DNA of 63,706 nucleotides, filler included, from Circinaria calcarea (lineage: Eukaryota): the NCBI GenBank assembly GCA_051942165.1. It is 4 parts of 4 records of this genome, joined end to end, with 100 filler letters (N's around TTAATTAATTAA, not from the genome) between each part and the next. Parts side by side here need not be neighbours in the genome. Positions count along the whole stretch, not along the records: positions 15,983 to 31,850 come from JAVECS010000347.1; positions 31,951 to 47,789 come from JAVECS010000348.1; 2 more parts are not named here. One strand, written 5' to 3'. A program made the translations under genes and the position numbers. A model generated the notes under the pieces. It saw only the letters and a list, made by a program, of their open reading frames with translations. It ran no database searches and had not been told where the DNA came from. This document shows positions 22,850 to 35,450 of the stretch, in pieces (the stretch's first letter is position 1; every line of letters starts with the position of its first letter).

Positions 22850-25800
22850 ATGGCAGCCACTAAACGCAAAAATACTTCAGATGCTGACGCAGAGACGTCT
22901 AGTAAGAAGCCAAAGACTAACTCCTCGAAAGCCCAGTCTATATCTATGCCAAGGGAAGAAGAGCCTGCATTCCCAAGAGGTGGCGCAAGCGTTCTTACTC
23001 CGCTGGAGCATAAGCAAATTCAAATACAAGCTACTCAAGATGTCTTGTTCGAGCAGAAGACTGGCAAAAGACATACAGGCTTGGATTCCGGTGACGAAGA
23101 AAATGAAGGCGGTGAAACCGGGGAACCAAATGCTACAACATCGAGTATCCCACGGAAGTCCAGATCCAAGGTCAAGAATAAGAAAACCGGCAAAATGCTG
23201 GAAGGACCCAGACTACGCATTGAAAGCCTTAGCTACAAAGTAAGTTCGAGACCAAGGTTTTCTAGGGGCTTCACTAAGGTAATCTTGCACAGCGCCTTGT
23301 GACAGGCTCTATGGTCCTGGGACAAATATCCCAAATCAACAAATACGACATTGCCTTGACTTTGCCCAATAATCTGACAGGATACATTCCGCTAACTTCG
23401 ATATCCGATATTGTAACTAGACGTGCGGAAGCTTTAGCCGCGGATGAAGCCTCGAGCGACGAATCCGAAGACGCGGATTCCGAAGAAATAGATCTTAGGT
23501 CACTCTTTTCGATCGGGCAATATCTACGGGCCTATGTAACATCGACAGGCGATAGCTCAAATTCAGAAGGGAAGGGAAAAAAGCACATTGAGCTTTCGAT
23601 CAATCCTCGACAGGCCAATATGGGCTTGGAGAAGGGCAGCTTAGTGGCCAACAGCATGGTTCAAGCGTCTGTACAAAGCGTGGAAGACCATGGAGTAGTG
23701 ATGAATTTGGGCCTGGACGATACTACCGTTCGAGGATTCATGTCGTCAAAGGAGATAGGATATGGGAATAGCCTGGCTAAAATCCAGGAAGGTTCCGTAT
23801 TTCTGTGTTTGATCACTGGCCTGAGTTCGAATGGTAAGATTGTCAAGCTCTCCATGGATCCCCAGCGAGTAGGGAACGTCAAGAAGAGCAACTATCTTAT
23901 AGACGCACCGACCGTCGACTCCTTTTTACCAGGTACTGCAGTTGAGGTGCTGGTCACAGAAGTGACTTCCTCCGGGATCGCAGGTAAAGTCATGGGACTT
24001 GTGGACGTGACGGCAGACCTCATACACTCAGGGGCTGCATCAAGCGGCATGGCCCTTGACAAGAAGAACTCAGTTGGAGCCAAGATAAAAGGGAGGATTA
24101 TCTGCACATTTCCGAATGCGAATGAGAAAAAACTTGGCATTTCACTTCTCGAGCATATAATGTCTCTATCGATACAAAGATCAAACAATGATGATCATCT
24201 GAGTCCAACTGAAAAGATGCCAATTTCTACCATCATCAATGAGGCTAGGGTAGCCAAGGTCGAGCCTGGATTGGGCCTTTTCGTTGATATTGGCGTCAAG
24301 GGTGTTCGTGGATTTGTACATATCTCGAGGATCACCGACAAAAAGATTGAAACCTTATCAGAGTCTTCAGGTACCTATAAACTCGGCTCTGTCCATCGAG
24401 GCCGTGTCATTGGTTACAATGCAGTGGATGGCTTATTTCTTATTTCGCTAGAGCAAAAGATCATTGACCTTCCGTTTCTACGTATTGAAGACGTGCAGAT
24501 TGGACAAATAATCAAGGGTACGATTGAAAAGCTGATCGTCAAGGAGACTGGTGTAAGTGGTGTCATTGTAAATATCACTGACAGCATCACTGGATTGGTA
24601 CCGGAAATACATTTCGCAGATATTCATCTTCAACATCCTGAAAGAAAATTCAAGGAGGGCTCATCGATAACTGCAAGGGTGCTCTCGGTCAACCTGGAGA
24701 AACGGCAAATCCGTCTAACACTAAAGAAATCTCTTGTCAACAGTGATGCTACCGTCTGGAAATCCTACGAGGATTTGACTGCTGGAATGCAAGCTCCGGG
24801 CACACTCATCAATATATTGCCCTCAGGCGCAGTCGTTCAATTTTACGGGTCAGTCCGCGGCTTTTTACCAGTATCGGAGATGAGTGAATCCTACATACAA
24901 GACCCTAAGCAGCACTTTCGTACAGGTCAAGCGGTGAATGTGCATATCTTATCAGTTGATCCCGAGGCAAAAAGGATGATGGTTTCTTGCAGAGATCCTT
25001 CTGTTTTCGGAGTATCACAGCAAAAAGCGCTCAAGGAACTCTCTCCAGGAAGCACGGTGAGTGGTGCTGTGTCGGAAAAAACCGGCGATGAGATTGTGAT
25101 AGAACTTAGCGGATCAGGGCTTAAAGCCGGTCTACCTTTTGAGCACCTCGCGGACGGGACCACACAGAAGTGCTTTACGGTTGCTAAGAAGATTCGAGTG
25201 GGTCAAATCCTACAAGATCTTATAGTCCTCAATGTCAACGAAGCGAAGCGCCTGATTAAGCTTACCAATAAGCCAAGTTTAATCAAGGCTTCCAAGTCTG
25301 GGGATCTCCTTAAATCGTTCGAGGATGTTGTAGTGGGAGCAGAAGTTGCTGGATACGTTCAGAACATTACAGAAACTGGCGTCTTTGTCCAATTTGCTGC
25401 AGATGTGAAGGGTCTTCTACTCAAGAACCACTTGCTGGATGAGGCAATTAGATTACCACATTTTTGGCTACGGCGGGATCAGTCCATAACGTCGCGCATA
25501 TTGTCGGTGGATAATGAACAGCAACGCTTCCTCCTTACACAAAAGCCTTTGGCCCCCAAGGAAGCAAGCAATTCAGCCAACAAACTTGCCTTCCTTGCCC
25601 CAGACAGAGCTCTCTCCAATCCAGCAGATGGCGTATCTACATCAGTTGATGATTTTACACTCGGAAAGTTGACCAAAGCCAAGATCGTCACTGTCAAAGA
25701 GACGCAGTTAAACGTCCAACTCGCTGATAACGTGCAAGGTCGTATTGACATGTCTGAGATTTTTGATTCTTGGGAAGACATCAAGGATCGGAAACAGCCC

Positions 25801-28293
25801 TTGAAATCGTTTAGCAAGAAACAAATTGTACCTGTCCGTATACTAGGCATTCACGATTCGAGGAACCACCGATTCTTACCCATCACTCATAGCAATAAGG
25901 CCCCGGTGTTTGAGCTTTCCGCTAAGCCAGCCGACCAGACTGACGCTGAGCTTAATATTCTGACCCTTGATAAGGTTGCGCCTGGCTCTACATGGGTAAC
26001 CTTTGTGAATAACGTGGCGGATGACTGCCTTTGGGTCAATCTTTCACCAAATGTCCGAGGTCGCATTCGAGCAATGGATGTCTCCGACGATGTATCCCTG
26101 CTTGCGGACATGACTACGAACTTTCCTGTTGGCTCAGCCCTGCGCGCTCGTGTTCTGAATGTTGACGTTACCAACAACAGGCTAGATTTATCGGCTAGGT
26201 CAGGAGCCTCGTCAGATCCTCTCACAATAAACGACTTGTCCATAGGTATGGTGGTGCCTGGCAGGGTTACGAAGGTCACAGAGAGGTCCATTATGGTACA
26301 GTTGAGCGATGCACTGTCGGCACCGGTAAACCTCGTGGACATGACTGATGACTACTCAACGGCGAATCCAACCGTCTATCAGAAAAATCAGACTGTACGA
26401 GTTTGTATTCGGGACCCAGACAAACCTAACAAGAGAATAACCCTTTCGACTAGGCCTTCGAAGGTACTCAGCTCCTCGTTGCCGGTTGAAGACCCCGAAA
26501 TTACATCAATATCGCAACTCAAGGTTAACGATATCGTAAGAGGCTTTGTTAAAAATGTTGCAGACCAGGGTGTCTTTGTAACAATAGGGAGCAATGTGAC
26601 GGCTTTTATCCGTATCTCTGATCTTTCGGATTCCTTCATCAAGGATTGGAAGGATGGCTTCGAGATTGACCAACTTGTCAAGGGAAAGATTATTGCTGTT
26701 GATCCGACTCTCAATCATTTACAAATGAGTCTCAAACAATCTGTCATCGATAAAGATTACCAAGCCCCCTTGACATACGGAGATGTCCAAGTGGGACAAG
26801 TTGTGACCGGCAAGGTGCGTAAAGTGGAAGATTTTGGAGTTTTCATCGTCATCGACAATTCTGCGAATGTTAGTGGACTCTGTCATCGGAGCGAGATGGC
26901 GGACCAGAGGGTTGCCGATGTCAGACAGCTTTACGAGGAAGGAGATGTTGTCAAGGCAAAAGTTCTCAAGGTGGATCTTGAGAAGCGGCGTATATCCCTT
27001 GGTCTAAAGGCGTCATATTTTGTTGATGCTGAGCAAAATAAAGAAGACAACAGCCAGGACGGTTCGGACGTCATGGAAGGTGTTGAGCTCCCTGCGGGCG
27101 AAGGAGTAGGGTCTGAAGATGATGAGGATGGCGTTTCGATAAATCTGGAAGATGTTCAAGACATTGGCAGTGATATGGATGATGTAGTTGATGGGAGCGG
27201 TACTAAAGCTCCCTTTACAAAGGACGACACGACGCGGGACCGTACAGGGATTGGCCTTATTACAGGCGGCTTTGACTGGAGTGGGGGTATGATGGATGAA
27301 GATAACAAGGAAGGACAATCTGATACGGACGGGGAGGTGATCCAGCCTAAAAAGAAGAAGCGGCGAAAGGCTGAAATCAAAATTGACAGAACAGGAGACC
27401 TGGATGCCAACGGACCGCAATCTATTGCCGATTTCGAACGTCTTCTTATGGGTCAACCGAATTCCTCTTACCTGTGGCTCAGCTATATGGCCTTCCAGCT
27501 GCAGTTGAGCGAGGTGGACAAAGCACGGGAGATTGCGGAGCGGGCCATCAAGACCATCAATCACAGAGATGGAGATGGCGAGGTGCTTAACGTATGGGTC
27601 GCCTTTCTTAATCTGGAGAACGCATACGGGAGTGATGAGTCAATTGAAGCTGTTTTCAAACGGGCTTGCGAATACAATGACGCCGAAGAGATACACGCCC
27701 GTTTGACAAGCATATACATCCAATCGAGAAAGAATGAGGTAGGTTGATATCTTTCCGAGTCTGTGCTTCCCTTTCTAACAGCCTTGCAGAAAGCGGACGA
27801 GCTTCTCCAGGCGATGATCAAAAAGTTCTCCCAAGACCCTAAAATCTGGCTGAATTACGCAACGTTCCTCTTCGATACCATGGCCGCTCCACCACGTGCT
27901 CGAGCCCTTCTCCCACGCGCCTTACAGTCGCTACCTAAATATCAGCATCTCGACATCACCTCGAAGTTTGCGCAACTCGAGTTCCGTTCGTCGAATGGTG
28001 ATTCGGAACGCGGGCGCACGATCTTTGAAGGGCTCTTGAGCACGTTCCCCAAGAGGCTTGACTTGTGGAATGTCCTGTTGGATCTGGAGATCAAACAGGG
28101 CGACAAGGAGCAAGTCAGGAGGCTATTCGGCCGAGTGACGTCGAGCAAGCTCAAGCCTCGAAAGGCCAAGTACTTTTTCAAGAAGTGGCTGGAGTTTGAA
28201 GAGAAGGATGGCGATGCGAAGGGTTGCGAAACGGTGAAGGCGAGGGCAGCAGAGTATGTCCGGAAGCAAGAGGTCGAGCTGAAGGAAGGCTGA
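22850..28293 (+). CDS. RRP5: rRNA biogenesis protein Rrp5 (tandem S1 domains + C-terminal HAT/TPR), 3 exons
   Basis: N-terminal FPRGGASVLTPLE, many S1 repeats (SVEDHG, GLCHRSE, RRISLGLK), HAT region (DFERLL..PNSS.LW..YMAF, GRTIFEGLL.TFPKRLDLW). Confidence 0.97.
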
Positions 28294-28655
28294 GTGGGTT
28301 TCCCGATGTCTATCACTCAATTGTGGCTGAGGACGGGAGACGGGCCGTACTTAGCACACGGGGACTTATCTAAAACGGGCTCACTGCGCCCACTCGCTTA
28401 GCATAGCGGGCCGAGGCTGACTGATGGGCGAGAATGGGAAATGCGCCTTACTGCTCCGCCTCAGCGAAATACAGTGATACCCCTCCATTTCCAGCTGCCC
28501 ATGCCTACGCCCATGCCAATGCCCCTGCCCCATTGTAAATGTAGTGACCCGCTCCAAATTCCTCCAGAAAATCCCACCCTTTACATTGCTGATTACTCTC
28601 TCCGGTTAATTGTGCGTGTTAGAATGTGTACATGTGCTTCCGTTGATAATTCGCC

Positions 28656-30966
28656 ATGAGTTTCGGATTCAGTCTTGGTGATTTTGTAACCATCCCGACT
28701 TTGGCGTGGCAGGTGTACAGATCCTGCAAAGACTCGTCCGACGACTTCAAATCCGTCGCCGATGATGTCGTGGCCTTGCACATCGTGCTCAGAGAGGTTG
28801 AAGAACACCTGAAGGAGCAGCCTATCAGCAGTCGCCGACAAGGGCATCTGGCAGACCTGGCGCGCACCTGTCACGCCGTTCTCAATGACCTCGAGAAACT
28901 GCTGGAGAAGTACGATAGTCTCGGGTCGCAAACCCAACGGACATGGGACCGAATGCGATGGGGCTTGGAAGACATTGATCAACTGAGGGCAAGGCTCTCG
29001 ACTTCGATCGCCATGCTCACAGCCTTTAACACGAGCCTGATCAGGTAGGTGCCTGGTCCTGCGGGAAACAATCTTCTTGCCCACTCAAGGGAACTGCTAC
29101 TGATACTTGACATGCAGTTCCTCCCAGGCCCGTGTCGAAAAGAAGCTGAATCAGCTTCTCCGGGAGATACGCGAGGGCAGGCGCGAGGGCTCTTTCATCT
29201 CCATCCAGAGTATCGAGTCTCTGACGACCGAGGACAAGGATGCATGGAAGCAGATGCGGAGGGAGCTTGAAGACGTTGGCATCTCAACATCATCCTTTTT
29301 GCAACACCGGAACTTTATCGTTAGCTGGTTTCGGGACGTTGTCGCGGAAGGCGACTTTCATTCGGATGCAATTGATCATCTAGAGGGATCAACCGTCCAT
29401 GGTTCGGACTTGACACTTCACCATCCAAAGTTACGCTCGCGCAGCCACACGGCAAATTGGATACAACATCGCCGTCTATCTCACTCCGACTTCGACGACT
29501 GCTCCATGTCGCTGGCAAATGATGGCGACTCTCAAAGTGAGTTGCCATTCGGGGGCAATCCGGGCTGGAATGGATCGAAGCTAGAGTCGGGAGTTGCCAT
29601 AGGTATACACCTCAACTATATGTTAATTACATAGCTCCATAATTCAGTTATACAAATCTTACTCTATGCAGAGACCAACCATCCTCATCTCCCACACGCG
29701 AGAACAACCGAGGATTTCATGGTCCACAGAGAGTCAATCAACCGTGCCAGTGAATTCTATCCGAACCTCCCCAGAACGACCATTAGCACCAAGCCCAGTG
29801 TCCAGGCTACCCTTGATGCAGATTCGCCATTCGAGGTCCCTGCCAACGATGTGCAGTCCGAGACTACCGGCACAGATTCAAATAGAGGTAGTCGTCGTAG
29901 CTTCGTTGATGTTGCAAGGGACTCCCTCAGTAAAGCCAAAAGAGGTTCCAAGGATAAGACAACCAGAAGAAGCTGGAAAGCGATCTTCTCTGGTCCGGGG
30001 AATAATAGCTCTGTTGAGGTCGGGGATATTCCTGACGCTGCTGTCGACCCTCAACACGCTCACGTATCTGGATCTGATTTTCTTCACGAAAAGCCCGCTG
30101 ACAGTCAGCAAGAAAAGGACATGCTACCCATTGAAGAAAACGGTCTCTACCACGAACTTCTATATTCAATGTGCCAGCAACCTCCCCTTTCACCCGCCGC
30201 GGAATCCAAAGCTCGCAGGCGGGTGACACACGACTCGTCGCAAAAACTTGTCGACTTCCAAACCTCATCGCCGGCTTCTCGAATGTCCTTTTTCACGCGG
30301 CCGAATTCATTCCCGGCACGCAATCCCGCCAAGGAACCCGGAAACCCACCAATCCCAGCAGTTCAGGATGCCTATGCTCAGAACGAAGCGATTTTAAGCC
30401 AACTTTCGCAACGGATTGATGAGGCGCAGAGAGAATACGCACGACAGGTTCTCAGGACGGGAAGAAGGCCGATTGTAGACATCTCATCGACTACGCGGAC
30501 GCCGGTGCAACCGGTGTATACGGATAAAGCCAATCAGCTCCATCTTAATCTTCTCAAGCAAGTCAAAAGGAGCAAGGAAAAGGGTGCCGCGAGTCCTTCG
30601 GTGACACTGCAGCCCTTTTCGAACCCTTTTTCCAACGAGATGATAAACGAGGCAGTCAGTTCACCTCTTACCGGCGCCGATAGCAAAGCCTTTGAGAATT
30701 TCAAACTCGTCAACATCACGCCGCGTGCGACCGGGTCATATTTGGATCCCAAGTCTTCGGAGTCGAGTCAAGCATCCAGCATTCCACCACCCGAACCCAG
30801 CCATGTCTTTGGGTCCTCGAAACCATACCGGCTCTTTCCCACGCCGACGAATCGAAAAGGTTCTCATCTAATGCAGCCAAGTGTACGGAGTCATGATGAC
30901 GATGTCACTATATCCGGAACAGGCTTTGACAACGAGCGACATAGACAGACTCTGTTGTATATTTGA
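28656..30966 (+). CDS. Protein with fungal HeLo-like/NACHT-N-type N-terminal helical domain and long disordered tail, 3 exons
   Basis: MSFGFSLGDF..LAWQVY..C, W.R.RW, W....RELED.GIS are typical of N-terminal domains found on fungal NLR-like proteins. Introns ~29046-29117 and ~29603-29691 keep the frame into the 29719-30966 ORF. Confidence 0.8.
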
Positions 30967-30975
30967 GATATTTGA

Positions 30976-31005
30976 GCTGGGCTGGGCTGGGCTGGGCTGG
31001 GCCGG
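30976..31005 (+). repeat. (GCTGG)n microsatellite just after the stop codon
   Basis: Five perfect copies plus one variant. Confidence 0.9.
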
Positions 31006-31850
31006 GCGTTTCTGATATGCTGGACGGATTCACCAAGGAAGGGCGTGTGGGTCATGGGTGAATGAATGAAATGTACGAAAGTTTTTGTAATACAGGTTTG
31101 CACCAAAGCCAATTTTAGAGTTTAGTTGGGTATTTCATGTATATCATTCTGCTTCTTCTTCTCCTTCGCCTCTTTTCTTCCCTTTCCTCTCTATTCGCTC
31201 CATCCTGTTGACCGAAGGCTCGTGGGCATGCATGATATAAAGATTGCTTGCATTTTCTATATATGCGTGCTTGCCTTTTATGCTATGCAAAGCCGCAAAA
31301 CCGAAAATTATTCAACAAAACCTTTCCAAGGTCGAAAATTAAAAAATGTCGTCCTCCCTTATACAAATCCAGTGTGGATGACGACCAATTCTTTCCCCCC
31401 CCCCCCAAAAAAAACCTCCTACCATTGCGCTGCAGGGCCATTCCAAATCCTTCAACAACATGTATCTTTATGCCCCATGATATTAAACCAAAATCATCTA
31501 AGAACCCATATACTTCCTGCCCCCATGAAATTAGGTTCGAAAAAATCCTCCTGTTATTTGCAGCGCCAGGGCCCAATAATCCATCCTGCCATTATGGTAC
31601 ACGGTAGGACCCATGGAAATATCCATTTCATACTTTAAAATCTGCCTGATAGCTTACCCCCAACCGACCCCAAGCAATCCCGGGGGGGGGAAATTTCTGA
31701 CCAAACCAAAAACGATTTTCCCACATGTCTCCCCCCTCCCCTCCCCATTTGGGTTGCAGAAAAATCGTATTATTTATTCGTTGTTCGTTTTCGATATTGG
31801 TGTGTATGTCTGCTGTGTGAACAATTGATTGGGTTTGAAAACCCGTATTT

Positions 31851-31950
31851 NNNNNNNNNNNNNNNNNNNNNNNNNNNNNNNNNNNNNNNNNNNNTTAATT
31901 AATTAANNNNNNNNNNNNNNNNNNNNNNNNNNNNNNNNNNNNNNNNNNNN
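31851..31950. other. Artificial contig-joining spacer
   Basis: N44-TTAATTAATTAA-N44. Confidence 0.97.
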
Positions 31951-32559
31951 CCCCCCCCCCCCCCCCCCTCTACGAACTTATTTCCGTATCTACAGCGTAT
32001 ATTTATATCGCTATAAACCGTCTAGTCGTAATCTCGTTCGAATACCCCGGGTATAAATACTTCGTTGTGGTTGCTGCTGCCGACGTTTCTATGATGTTGG
32101 TGTATACTGGTTTTGACTGGATGTTGCGGTTTTTCTGTCTCGCACTTTATCTAATTACCGGACTCCGTCGCTGCTACTGGCTAGAAAGCAAGTCCTTTTA
32201 TCGACACTCCTCCGCTCTATTACTACTGCTCCGCTCCGATCCCACCCCTCGCATAGAAATTTAGTTCCCTAGCACCGAACGTAGAAACCTTCCAGCCGGT
32301 GGGCTGGTGGGGCGCAGAAGATAAGAAGATTAAAACGAGGATTTTTAAATCTCCGGAGCTGCACGTTACAGGTCGAAGGAATAAAGTACTGTAAATTTTC
32401 GGCGAACATTTACCACGCACCCCCGAATCTATCAATCACTGTTCCCACGTACCCTATTGTAATCAGCAAACATGCCCCCACCTCTTATTACTTCTACGCA
32501 ACCCCCCCCTGCGATTATTCCAACCGCCGAAGAATGCGGAGTCGTTCCCGTAATCATCC

Positions 32560-33930
32560 TATGATATAAAGTCAGTAACTCATTCCGAGATAAGAAAGTA
32601 TTTGATATTTTATTTACTAGATTACTAATGGGATGTCTCTCTCGCCTTCCTTCCTAAGTTTTCGCACAATCGTTTATTTTATTCCTCTGCTGCACCCGCC
32701 CACCCCTTTTTAAAATTTGGGGGGTTTTGGTGGTTTTTTGTTAAGTTAGTCTAATGTAATTTAGGCTCGGAATAATAGAGATCCGAGAGCTAAGCCTAAA
32801 TAATTAATATTAAAACTCTAAATTTATTATATTGTAGAATTTCGTGCTATTTCCCCCTTATAATTTAATAAATATATCACGCTTTTTTATGCTTTTAAGA
32901 TGCCCTTACTCTGATGCAAAATATTTTTATTAACGTGAATAGTAGATATTAATAAGCATATCGACGTCGTTTTTAGTAAGATTGGTACGCTGGCCAGACT
33001 GGGAGAGTGAAGGCGCTGTTATAGAAGTAAAAAAGCGGCGTATACCGGGACCTGTTGCTGTTGAGAGGGGGTGGAAATCACGGGGTGTTTATCGGGTGGA
33101 AGCTGGCTGCTGAGGGGGCGCTGCTGTTTATTTAATAACTTAACGTTGAATCTTGGTGGCAAATATGATTTTATACGATGATTAATTGCCTATTAAGCCA
33201 ACATAGCGTTATATAATTCCGTTATAGGTCCACATCGGAGCTATGTTTTATTAATAGGGATTAAATTTTAGTAATGGATTTTATTGGCTGAAATAACATA
33301 CATTCTTCTTACACAGAAAATCAAAACCCTTTAAATATATCGACTATTGCGTACACATTGAATACCGTCTTAATGCATTGCTTAAATCACTCCCTGCTAA
33401 ACCTTTAACAACAGTCAATAAATTCCGGCGAGCGTTCACGACAATCGTGTTTCGTATACTCGTATCTTAAGGAGTCTCGAACTAGCAACCAGAAAAGAGG
33501 AATATTGCAGGGAAGGCGTTACTTCTATATAGGCAGTGCACGATTGAGCCGTGAGATGCGCATGAAGAAATGCTATGGAATACTGCCATGAAATATTGTG
33601 GGTATGCTGCTTCTGTGTGGTCTGTGTAATGCTATCTGGAATCCGTGTGGGACGTATGGAGCGAACGCGCAGCCCGATGATCGCTGTTTCCCCGCCTTTT
33701 TCCCAAGGCACTTGGGGGGAAGTCGTCCGGTTTTTTAAAATGTAATTTACTTAGCAATGAAATAAAAAATGGAGATCATAATTTCATCGCTTAACGTCTT
33801 ATTTCAGGGGAGTATCCTAAAGAACACATTATTATCAGAAGGGTACTAGCCTAAAAGCCCTAGCCCGAGGCTAATAAGTCATATAAATCGGCGTAGCAAT
33901 AATATATATTTATTTTTTATTATACTGTTT
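32560..33930. repeat. AT-rich, TpA-rich degenerate repeat region (RIP-like)
   Basis: Visibly AT-rich and TpA-rich relative to the genes, with no credible ORF; contains a TIR-like motif shared with 35113-35417. Confidence 0.55.
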
Positions 33931-33940
33931 GCTGGTCTAT

Positions 33941-34774
33941 TTACGCCGTCGCCACGTCCGGCGGTCTGCGATACTCAATGTGCCAAGCGTTCGGATCTCT
34001 CAGATTAACGTAAAAATCCGGCATAATACTCTTAAGCTGCACCCTCATCCACCCGACATCTTTTTCTGTGCATCCTTCAATAGCAGGGTGATCTTCGCTA
34101 TCTTCATCATCAGTGAACTCGTCGCCCTCATCCTCCGCTATCACCTTAGGCCCAGTCTCGTGCTGTTGTCGCTGTTGCATTGTAGCTTCCCGTGATTCCC
34201 AGTCACCCTTGATTAATTTGACCCAACCCTCGCCTTCTTCCGAGATTACGCTCTGGAGTGAAGCTTCGTCAACCTGAATACAGAACCTATACCTCAACGG
34301 CAATCTCGAATCCCACGGCGGCGCTTCCTGCCGTCGGCTTTCAATCTCCTCTCGCGAACCCTGTTCCTCGTGGACCATGCGTGCGCACCACTCAGTAAAG
34401 TGTCGACGTACAGCCTGCGTAGTCGCCCCGTCAAGCATGCTCGCATCAGCAATCACGGTGAGCTTGAACCGTCCCTCTTCGAGCAGATCGTGCCCATTAT
34501 ATAAGTCCATGGCCTTTCGAATCGATGCATTGATGCGCCGAATGCACAATTCCCATGCCGAGTTGCTCGTATACGTGCAGCGATACACGACAAAGCCCCA
34601 GATACGGTGGCCGTCGACGCGAAGTTGGCGTTCAATGTTGTCGGCAGCGTTGAACTGGGTGGAGATGGTGTTGGGGGTGCGAGGAGAGGTGTCAACAGGT
34701 CGTTGGAGGGCCGCGCGATCTTGGTCCAGGCGGTTCATAAGGGCTTCAAGCTGGCGCATGTTGTCGGTGGCCAT
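33941..34774 (-). CDS. Uncharacterised intracellular fungal protein (WGFVVYRCTY family), ~277 aa
   Basis: Intronless, GC-rich ORF; likely ATG at 34774 (MATDNM). Motifs WGFVVYRCTY..W, VRRHF.EW, RY.FCIQVDE.SL.SV, GWM.V. No signal peptide. Confidence 0.8.
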   Translation of the reverse strand: MATDNMRQLEALMNRLDQDRAALQRPVDTSPRTPNTISTQFNAADNIERQLRVDGHRIWGFVVYRCTYTSNSAWELCIRRINASIRKAMDLYNGHDLLEEGRFKLTVIADASMLDGATTQAVRRHFTEWCARMVHEEQGSREEIESRRQEAPPWDSRLPLRYRFCIQVDEASLQSVISEEGEGWVKLIKGDWESREATMQQRQQHETGPKVIAEDEGDEFTDDEDSEDHPAIEGCTEKDVGWMRVQLKSIMPDFYVNLRDPNAWHIEYRRPPDVATA

Positions 34775-35112
34775 TTTCGACGCGTGAATCCTGCTATGTG
34801 TACAGCTGAATGTATGAAATCGTTGACCTGTACGGTGAAGTGAGAGGGGCAAGGTAAGAGGGTCAAATGAGGTCACACCTCGTAATGAAATGGATGTAGG
34901 GCGTTTGCAATGCAGGAGATTAAAGTAGGTGAGGATAGCGTTGATTGTAGCCCTTCGCATCATGTTATTGTTAGCCGTAACATACTGGTACTAAGCGATT
35001 CAAGCTCAGGAGAAGGCAGAGCGTATTATGGAAAGCCGCCGGGCTTTCCAACGCCGGCGCGGACATACTAATACCCGGAGACGACAGGGACCTGGCTGTC
35101 AAGGTTGACTTA

Positions 35113-35417
35113 ATTGGGAGGTTGAAGTGGTTTTCGTTATATTAACCTAATGTAATGTAGGCTCGGAATAATAATACCCCCAGCCAATCATACCCTGCTT
35201 AAAAAGGAGCCCCAGCTTAGTATTATATAGCTCCATTATGATTCTACAACGGAGCTATGTAAATTTAATGGACCTATTCTGGCTAATACGGAAACGAGGA
35301 TTTCGCGTGAATAAGGTATGCCTGTCACCTGAACCTTATTATATTAAGCTAGGGTATCGGTGCCGGCCTTCCGTACATAATAAACTCATAATAAAAAACC
35401 ACCAAAACCTCCCAAAT
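35113..35417. mobile_element. Putative MITE/non-autonomous DNA transposon relic
   Basis: Left end TTGGGAGGTTGAAGTGGTTTT and right end AAAAAACCACCAAAACCTCCCAAAT are imperfect inverted repeats around ~300 bp of AT-rich non-coding DNA. The first ~60 bp recur at 32715-32777. Confidence 0.55.
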
Positions 35418-35450
35418 ATTATTTATATGCATTATATCTGCGCTAAAAAT

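Noticed and set aside
31126..31850. ORFs at contig ends (also 15718-16544)
   Set aside because: Homopolymer-inflated, low-complexity sequence typical of poor end consensus; no recognisable protein motifs.
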